A DNA stretch of 64,000 bases from Balanoglossus misakiensis (Eukaryota; Animalia; Hemichordata), in the NCBI GenBank assembly GCA_040954595.2, contig CM082587.2:4358093-4422092 (forward strand), read 5' to 3'. A program made the position numbers and the translations under genes. The notes beneath the pieces are model-generated. The model was not told the origin of the DNA. It saw only the letters and a program-made list of their open reading frames with translations, and did no database searches. Of this stretch, positions 55,327 to 64,000 are shown one piece after another; position 1 is the stretch's first letter, and each line of letters starts with the position of its first letter.

Positions 55327-55473
55327 TAAAATTCATGAACACACACGCGAAGATTATGGGTGCAATAAACCACTCGGGTTACACCAGTATGTTTCGATAA
55401 CGTTTTATTGATTGGATTTGAGGTAAATGGGTAAAGATTACAATTCTAAAAAAATATATTTCACCATAAAACA

Positions 55474-56050
55474 CGTGTATGTTTTTAATATTTTTTTATT
55501 GAATAATGACGAAAGATCACAAATCTCAAAAAACTTATATTAACTATATATACGCACTCGCGAAGATGATCGGTACGGAAATAAACCACTCCAAGTATTA
55601 CGAGTGCGTGTATGTTTTTAATATTTTTATTGAATAATGACGAAAGATAACATATCTAAAAAAAATATATTAACTATATACGCACGCCCTAAGATGATCG
55701 GTACGGAAATAAACCACTCCAAGTATTATGAGTGCGTGTATGTTTTTAATATTTTTATTGAATAATGACGAAAGATAACATATCTAAAAAAATTATATTA
55801 ACTATATACGCACGCCCTAAGATGATCGGTACGGAAATAAACCACTCCAAGTATTATGAGTGCGTGTATGTTTTTAATATTTTTATTGAATAATGACGAA
55901 AGATAACATATCTAAAAAAATTATATTAACTATATACGCACGCCCTAAGATGATCGGTACGGAAATAAACCACTCCAAGTATTATGAGTGCGTGTATGTT
56001 TTTAATATTTTTTATTGAATAATGACGAAAGATAACATAGCTCAAAAAAC
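55474..56050. repeat. 128-bp AT-rich tandem repeat (~4.5 copies)
   Basis: CGTGTATGTTTTTAATATTTTT recurs at 55474, 55607, 55735, 55863 and 55991. Central units are almost identical. Confidence 0.95.
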
Positions 56051-57427
56051 CTGTATTATGTATTAACCGACTGTCTGAGGGATGGGACCCACCCGCACCG
56101 GGGATTTTATTTATGTCTATATAACTTACTTGTTACGAAACTTCATCCACTGGTCTTCATTCAGCCATGGAACATACAAACGCTCACCTCATTGTAGTCT
56201 AGCTGCATGGCCCAAATATACCGTACAACTTACCGTGGCACACGCAGGCACACACACACACACAACGAGCACCTTTCGAAGCATTCAAAGCCGATGAACT
56301 TGTTGGTGCCGTAACAAAAATGACCCATGCACCGAGCATGTAGTCATGTTGGTTTTCAAACTGTAATGACATCCACATATGGCATCCGTATTGTTGCATT
56401 CTTCAGATTTGTGCAAAATTGGTTCGCTGAACTGGCTACCGGCACCAGTCAGAATCGTTGAAAAATCTTAAAAATTGCCCAAAATTTGGCTAATACCGCT
56501 TACTCTGACATCATGCTTGTACAACATCATAGCATCCGCGTGGAACGTACAGCATCAGTTCATCAGAGCCTTCCATCTGCAAAATAAGGAAACAAATTGA
56601 ATGCCTATCCATGAACACGAAACCAAATACATGTATCAACCGTGCACGCTAAACTGTTGTCCATTCACATATTGTACATCGTACACGACGACAATACATG
56701 TTTTAGGGCTTCGCTGACAGACAAATAGCCGAAACCCCGGCATGGTACTACGCACATTTACATATTTTCATTAAGCTTATATCCACGCGGAACATTTTAA
56801 ACTGAAAAAAAAATATTTTTGGCAAAGACTGCGCATGGACACACAAAAATAAATGTTCCCAACGAAGCGTTTCGGAAGCTTATATTTGCCATTGTCTGGT
56901 AGTATCATACAAAATTTGCTCACACTCGAAAACACGCTGACTACACGTGAACCCGCTGTCAATTCATCGAACCCGCTACCAATTCATCGTAGCCCCTTCC
57001 CCTTTCCCGAAAAACTACCTTGTTTTATGTATTAAAAAAACTGCCGCCCACCAGTAGAGCTATAACACCGACTTGTCTTAATTTGATAAACCGTACATCT
57101 CAAGTTGAGTAACGCGAAATGGTGGAATTTGTGAATTAAAACGCAGGGAAGCGTTGACACGTGCGGTCTGACTGTGACGCATCCAATTTTTCAATTCTGT
57201 GGTGTAAACGTCTGGCTTTTTAGTTCCTCGTAACTCGCCACAAAATAACCCATGTTTCTGGTCAAAAATTGAGTAACTGTGACTACACTTCTGTTACTTT
57301 ACTTACCACTGTTGTCATGAAAACTATCCAGCGGAGAAACTCTGTTTTGGGGGCAGAGTTTTCCGCATCTTCGCAGGATACGTCCAGCAGCGTGGCCGAC
57401 ACTTTTGAAAATGCACGGAAGGCGAGA

Positions 57428-57501
57428 CGGAAATTTCCAAGTGGAAGTGGTCCAGGTGGCTCCGACCAATCAGCAGCTCTCAAGTCACGTCACGTGACCC
57501 G
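57428..57501. promoter_or_regulatory. Housekeeping-type promoter motif cluster
   Basis: ETS-like GGAA/GGAAGT, CCAATCA and GTCACGTGAC E-box sit together just upstream of the putative minus-strand first exon. Confidence 0.4.
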
Positions 57502-58847
57502 CATAATTTGAACATCATTATCACCTAAATTTCTATTCACAAACAATGCGTTCTAAGATTCTAATCAGATTTATAAAAACATTTTTCAAATTTCTGCATT
57601 TTTGACTCCTTTTGCCAGTTGCAAAGACCAGACCATGTGGTGCAACTATCGAGCACACTTCATTTATATTGGACGGCGAACCGCCCCGAAACGGTTCATA
57701 ACTTGTACAACGCCCCCCTTCATGAATTACGGTTTACCATCAGTTTGTATTCACTGTCACAAATTTATGTGTTAGCGCCACCTTTGGGAATGACGAAAAC
57801 GCAAAGTTTGTTGAACCCAACGGCAATACGTGAGCGTACTGACTCAGTGTTTAACACAAACCCATTCACTTGAATGTGAGTATAGTTTACCTTCAGGTGG
57901 TATGCAAATTTGGACGTCCATGCGCAGTTTACTTTTAGGCGGTACGCAAATTTCTATTGGGCGTGGTGAATGATTATTGCAGAATAAAGTGGCAAAACGG
58001 TACATCGTTCATTTTATTTAATAAATACTGAAAAATTGACACTGGCGACGAGATCAACTGTAGGCCACTCTCGGTAAAATTCCGTGGTATTGTTGTTTGA
58101 TAGCCGTGGTTTTTACAGTTGACAGCACACGGAGAACTAATCTCAATAAAAAGAGAGTCTCTCGCATTGTTAAAATTTCGTGACGAAGTTGCGTCATTAT
58201 GCTAAGATTTACTTCTAAGATGGCTTACTTGAAAGGAACTGTGGCTTCTGCGGTTGCTATGTGCAGTATCAACAAAGACACGCACTGTTTGAAATCAAGT
58301 TTTCAACTATCCGTGTATTTATTTCAATCACTTGTACTGAAAGTGGACCATTAGCTAAAACAAAGCATATTCCCTTCCTTTTGTATTGACACATAATAGA
58401 CGACAATGACAACAACAACAAACATCGATAAATTAAATTGCGTTTTCCCCCAAATAAACGAACTACATGTATCTAGCGTCGAGAAAACGATAAGGCATCA
58501 CGACGGTTGCGCAATGATTGGACACGAAAATTAATAGAAATGCGCGTGCACGCCTCTGAAATATTGTCCAATTCTACCATTGTGTTTATTCGTCATGGGT
58601 TCAACGCGACCCGGATTCTAGAGACCCTCACAAAAAAATCAACAGTGAGTGTGATGCCTCAGGTCGTCTCCATGGTCGTGTGGCGTAATATTTAAATCTT
58701 GAGCACGGCGATTGGCTTCCGACCAGAAAAATGTCAATAAACAGGTACCAAACAGGTACTGTCAATTAACAAAGATCGAAAGTATTCCTTCGAGGTTTAC
58801 CACCGCTTCCTTCGGCATAACAGAACCGAGATTCGTCCTCGGCCGAT

Positions 58848-61800
58848 ATGTTTCCGAAATGGAGATACGATTACGTACAGCGACGACTCAGTAAGCGGTT
58901 CTACTCGTACGGAAAATACGTCGGCGGTCATCCCACGCCGTTTCTGTTGATCCCCCTGTTGGTGACCGCAGCGCTCGCTGTCGGCTTGGTGAACATGGAG
59001 GAAGAGACGGACATCGAGTATCTGTTCACGCCAGCAAACAGCCGAGCCGTCCGGGACCGGGACCTGGTTGATCGACTCTTCCCGCGCGGCGACTCCGACG
59101 ATTTCGTCGCCGGCAAGCAGTCCAGGGTGGGACACTACGGCCAGATTATCATCACCGCCACCGACGGCCGAAGTGTGCTGCGGGCAGGTATCCTGCGGGA
59201 GATATCCAACATTCACAAGATGGTCACGGAGCTGATGATCGAAGACGGCGCTGGAGGAGCGGGAGGGAGTAACTTGAATTACCGGGATCTGTGCGGCAAG
59301 CTGTCCGGCAGCTGCTACGAAGCGCCGGTGCTCACCCTGTACAACACGTACAACGCCAGCGACATCACCTTGAATTTGACTTACCCGGTGCACACTGTCG
59401 ATATTCTCAACCAGACTCACCGCATCTTTCTCGGTTCGAGCCTGGGCGGGGTGACCCTCTCCGCGGACGGCGAGACCATAAAGACAGCGCGAGCGATGCA
59501 ACTGAACTATTTTCTAGAGGATGGGATCTCGGGGAGCGACGGGCGGAGAATCGTTCAAAACGAGAGATGGGAGAGCATGTTTCTGGAGGCGCTCCGCTCT
59601 TTCTCGTCTCTCGATGTCGAAATCTCGTACTTCACATCTCAGTCCCTGGAGAAGGAGGTGGCGGAACTGAGTGTGCGCGGGGTCCCCAGAATCGCGTCGA
59701 TAACCCTCGCCCTCGTTCTCACTTTCTCCGTCTCCTGTTGCCTGGTGACGGACTGCGTCCGGAGTAAGCCGTGGCTCGGTGTGCTCGGCGTCCTCTCGCC
59801 CGGTTTGGCGGTAATGTCTTCCTTTGGGGTGATGAGCTACCTCGGCGTGCCTTACATTAATATCTGTGCGTCGATGCCGCTGCTCATTCTTGGTAAGTTG
59901 GCATCAACTATACATTCCGTCGATGATCAGAAAGTACCAGTTTAGATTTTGTGCCGCGACTCCCTTTGTATATATATCACAAAATATAAAAAAACTCTCA
60001 ACTGATGACCAAAAGTGGCACATATACTACCATAAGTTGGTTTACTAAAATACAACGGTCAGGACCAAGGCACCACCACGAAACCAGTCGTTGTATACAT
60101 ACACCTCGCATTTACATTTTTAACAAAATGACGCTTTTTAGCTTATCATAACTGTGACCATACGTTAATCGTATTCCCCCCCCCCCTCTTATTCATTCCA
60201 ATCTCGACAGGGATCGGGGTCGATGACATGTTCATTTTGCTGGCGGCATGGAGACAAGTGCCGTCTCAATGCTCCGTTGAAGAACGAATGGGAAGAGCGT
60301 TTTCGGAGGCGGCCATGTCGATCACGGTGACCAGCGTTACGGATTTCCTCGCTCTCGCCATCGGGACCGTCAGCACGTTCCCCTCGGTCAGGATTTTCTG
60401 TCTCTACACGGCGGCGGCGGTTCTCTTCGACTACGCCTACCAGATCACCTTCTTCGCCGCCTGCATGGCGTTCACGGGTCGGCGCGAGGCGGCCAACCTG
60501 CACTGCCTGACGTTCAAGAAAGTCTCGCTCGCGGACGAGGAGGCAGAAGCACGCAGAAACAAAGAGCATTTCATGGTGAGGTTCTTCAGGGAGTATTACG
60601 GTCCGTTTATTACGGACAAGAGAGTGAAAGTCTTCGTTGTTTTAGGGTTTATAGCGTATCTGCATGTTGCCCTTGCTGGGATGTTTCGAATTGAGGAGGG
60701 ACTCCAGATGCAGAACCTCGTCGCCGACGATTCTTATGCCGGTCATTTTTACAACGCGTACTACGACCACTTCAGAGTGTACGGCCCGGCTGTGTCACTG
60801 GTCTTAGCAGGCACGATAAACTATTCGAACAACTACATACAGGAGGAAATAGAAAACACCCTGCGAAGTTTCGAACAGAGCGAATATTTCCACGACAACC
60901 GCCTTGTCACCCAGTCCTGGCTGCGAGACTACCTGGACTTCTTGTCCACGAACGGCATCGATTGTCACGACCGGGAATGTTTCATCAACAACCTGAACGA
61001 TCCCTTCTTACGGGTCTTCGCGCAGTACAGACCCGATGTGGTGTTCAACCGAGAGAGGACGGAAATTGTGACGTCACGGTTTACCGTTTTCTCCAGAAAC
61101 ATGACGGACACGAACCGGGAGCGGAATATGATGCATGAGGCGCGGCGGATAGCCGGCGAAGCCCGTCTGGGTTTCTTCGTGTACAGCCCGTCATTTGTCT
61201 TCTACGAACAGTACACGGCCATCGTGCCGAACACCGTGCAAAACATCTGCATCTGCGTCTTCGCCATGTTCCTGGTTTCGCTGATTCTCATCCCGCATCC
61301 GATATGCTCGCTGTACATCACTTTTTTCGTGAGCACCATCACTTTGGGAGTGATTGGCTTCATGGGCTTCCTTGGGATCCGGCTGGACTCCATCGCCATG
61401 ATAACCATGATTATTTGCATAGGATTCAGCGTGGATTTCTCCGCGCACATGACCTGCGCTTTCATCCTGTCGCCCCAGCAACCGCGCAACCAGCGCGCCA
61501 TCGAAGCGCTGCACATCCTCGGTTGGCCAATTCTAGAGGGCGCCATCTCAACTTTCCTTGGTATTGTGGCTTTGTCGACGGCCGATTCGTACGGCTACAG
61601 GACGTTCTTTAAAATTATGTTCCTGGTGATTACCATCGGAGCAGCGCACGGGGTGGTGTTTCTACCGGTGTTTCTGACGATTTGTGGTCCGGTAGACCCA
61701 GTGAAGAAAATTTCGGTTGCGAGAGAAGTGGCTGTCTACGAGGAACACGGTATAGTCTCTTGTGGCCCAGAAAGGCCAAAAGAGTTTTCATTTCCCGAGG

Positions 61801-61895
61801 CACGCCGCAAAACTGAAGAGTTTATGAATAAACAGGCGTCCTCCGTCGAGAAACACATAATACAAAATGAAAAGGAAGCATTGACAGTGTACTGA
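58848..61895 (+). CDS. Patched domain-containing protein (PTCHD3/Ptr-like, sterol-sensing domain, RND family), 2 coding exons, 909 aa
   Basis: Exons 58848-59892 and 60211-61895 join in frame to give LILG|IGVDDMF (GxxxDD). Also seen: SSD motifs SKPWLG and SITVTSVTD, second motif GFSVDFSAH, FFKIMFLVITIGAAHGVVFLPV, and a 12-TM layout with two large luminal loops. Confidence 0.93.
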
Positions 61896-62316
61896 TACAC
61901 TATGATGAGTGAAACTGACGAGAAATATGTATGAAATCCTTGGAATATCCGGGTCTTTGTACAAGCCCATCACTCTATCAGATAGCGTACGGTGTCTGGT
62001 CAGAACTACAACCAACTTGAAAATGGACACTTACAATGAGCATTGAAATGCAACTTTAATGTGTTTGCTCACTCGTTTTGTTGCGTGCGTTTTTTTATTA
62101 TTGTCACCAACTAAAAAAAACAACAACAACAAATGTACATCTCTTGTCGTTTGCATAGTTTTCCATACCGATACGATATTTTATCATTTATCCTAATACA
62201 CATTGGGATAAAGTATTTACATAGTCCTCTAGTGGAATACGCTTCGAATTTTTTTTATTGAAATTGAAATTATTTAGATCGAAACTTCCCAGATGCCGCT
62301 GTATACGGTCACTTTA

Positions 62317-63750
62317 CTAATTTCGAGACACGGCCTCGTCGTAAGACATGAGACTGCTAGCACCGTTACCGAACAAAATGTGGGCGAAATCAGTGAACAT
62401 CTCCTTTGGGAGGCTGCCGTGATTTTCATCAATCAGTTTCGACAGCCGAGCGGCCGACTCCTCGGTCGTCTTGCGGTACAGCTCGGGCAGTTTCAAGTCT
62501 TCGTAGACTTTCTTGACTCTGGCTGCGTTCTCTTCGTTTTCGATGCCGTAGTTATCCTGTGGGGAGAACGGAAATGATGAGTCCATGGTGTTCACTAATA
62601 CAGAAACGGGGTACCGGATTTCAGTCAGTCTCTCTGAGAGACTCGTTTTTGTATCCCCCCCCCCCCCGCTTTATCTTGTAAAGCCGACCCCGGTCTAGTC
62701 AGGGGCAAGCATGTACCCGATATTGAGGTGCAAAGATTCTGTTAGACACGGCGAGCAAGCTCTCGGTACAAACAATCACAGGTAACTGCTGTCTTGGAAT
62801 GTTTCAGTGTCATGATAGGCATTTTCTAGGCAAGACCTTCCCTACAAAATCGGCCATCTTACCTCAAGGATTTGACGCTGTTCCCAGTTTGCCCTCTTCA
62901 TGGCTTCTACCATCAGCCAGGAACACTTATTCTGTTCGATATCGGTGCCTTTCTTTCCGCTTGTTGTGAAGCAATCATCGAAGTCATTCTGCAATGTGCA
63001 AGAAAAAGCAAATCATGCTAAAATGCTAAGTATTCAGAGTGTGTTTGGTCGTACATGTATGGCCTTAAAATATGTAAACTGACAACCAATTTGCACGTCA
63101 GTTTTATCAAAATGTTATCATAGTACTATCCATGTATAAATGAAAATGCATTCTATATAAGTTTTGAGATAAAGCACCTGGGGCAAACAAATCGTCACTT
63201 CACGTCGGAAAAGACAACATACCTTCATCTGACACAGCACTCCCATATGTCCTAAAATAGTCTTGGCATTTGCGTGAGATTCAGCGTCTACTACACCTGC
63301 CTGTGATACGGGAGATAGGTAGGATATATCAGTATATTGCGTTAAAACTTTTGCCTATAGACAAACCATTGGTGAAAACTGCCGAGTCAGCAGTTTTATT
63401 CTATTATCGACCCAATTCATTTCTTTGTATTTAAAAAAAAAGCGCCGTGACCCTGATATTTTATCACGGATTTTTATTATACATCTGAAATAACATCCCC
63501 GCCTTTCAAGCGTAAAAAGAATGGAACGTGTCAGGAAATGTGACGTCACAGAATGCATCATTGACGTGGCCGTGTATAAAAAGAATAGACCCTTTGTCTA
63601 TGAACGGAACTGCATATTAGTGGATTATCGCGTGACGTAAGCTATAAATTTGAAGAAAAAAACGCTCTGACACTTACCAAATACATGGCGATGGCGAATG
63701 AGCTGTAACAAGTGAGATAGGTGGTCTTGTGTTCAACCAAGTTGTGATAC
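62317..63750 (-). CDS. Farnesyl diphosphate synthase-like (trans-IDS) gene, 3' four exons, divergent active-site motifs; 5' part outside window
   Basis: Exons 63678-63750 (YHNLVEHKTTYLTCYSSFAIAMYL), 63223-63300 (AGVVDAESHANAKTILGHMGVLCQMK), 62863-62988 (NDFDDCFTTSGKKGTDIEQNKCSWL...QRQILE) and 62317-62556 (DNYG...VKKVYEDLKLPELY...*). All are GT-AG and in frame. GTDIxxNKCSWL, NYG and VKxxYxxLxL are FPPS signatures. Confidence 0.88.
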
Positions 63751-64000
63751 CTGTAGAGCCAAAATAGCGCAAATGAGTTTCCTAGGCCTTGCACATTTCT
63801 ACCTTGTGTTATACTTTGTCAGTGAAACCGAATTTTATTTTGCTGTCATTACTGGAAACCGTATGCAAAAACAACACCATCAATCATAATTCTGCAAAGT
63901 GGTTGAATTTCCCAGTGAAGTTTTCATTAAATCGCGAATGAAAATTTTGCGAACTGCTTAATTTTGTTTTATCCAACGTCACTTCCTGTGAATGATTATA

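Larger units (their letters stand above)
53950..57420 (-). ncRNA. Putative spliced minus-strand transcript (lncRNA or small-ORF gene)
   Basis: Consistent minus-strand splice signals: donor GTG|GTAAGT at 57307, exons 56504-56576 and 56234-56360, three 96-97 nt repeat exons (55199-55294, 55031-55126, ~54862-54958), and a last exon starting at 54266 with AATAAA at 53970-53975. No long ORF or recognisable domain. Confidence 0.4.

Noticed and set aside
54983-55411. 142-aa plus-strand ORF with a 56-aa repeat
   Set aside because: Explained by the 168-bp period being a multiple of three. The equivalent frame is closed in the first unit, and splice signals point to the minus strand.
55474-56050. CRISPR-like array
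   Set aside because: Whole units repeat with no unique spacers, there are no cas genes, and the context is eukaryotic.
54267-57306. C/D-box snoRNAs in introns of the putative lncRNA
   Set aside because: No properly spaced RTGATGA...CTGA pair was found on the minus strand by eye. H/ACA snoRNAs cannot be excluded without a search.
58797-59767. 234-aa antisense and 158-aa alternative-frame ORFs
   Set aside because: Shadows of the GC3-rich PTCHD3-like exon, with no independent motifs.
63357-63601. Possible MITE (ATAGACAAA...TTTGTCTAT) in an FPPS-like intron
   Set aside because: The inverted repeat is only 9 bp and there is no clear TSD.

Overview
Eukaryotic genomic DNA with GT-AG introns, most likely from a bilaterian invertebrate (species not identifiable from sequence alone). 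Most six-frame ORFs are exon fragments or antisense shadows. Gene models were built by hand from splice sites and domain motifs. (1) 1-18792 (+): 3' part of a large LDL-receptor-related protein (LRP/vitellogenin-receptor-like). One of its introns holds two nested Helentron-type (HINE/DINE-1-like) non-autonomous elements. (2, 3) 22048-30666 and 31777-41425 (+): tandem paralogues encoding secreted proteins with signal peptide, ~180-aa pro-region, furin site, then CUB-MAM-LDLa-CUB-MAM-CUB-MAM-LDLa-LDLa. (4) 42220-43266 (-): intronless NRY-type class A GPCR. (5, 6) 47100-49246 and 51421-53324 (+): tandem single-DOMON-domain, probably GPI-anchored, FRRS1/FRRS1L-like genes. (7) ~53950-57420 (-): a probable spliced, poorly coding transcript with tandemly triplicated exons. 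(8) 58848-61895 (+): patched-domain (PTCHD3/Ptr-like) gene. (9) 62317 to beyond 64000 (-): 3' half of a divergent farnesyl-diphosphate-synthase-like gene. Its altered second Asp-rich motif (CQMKNDFDD) and missing C-terminal basic IPP-binding motif resemble FPPS-derived terpene synthases; this is the most interesting candidate. Small MITEs, tandem repeats and paralogue-conserved non-coding motifs are also present. No rRNA, tRNA or CRISPR array was recognised.
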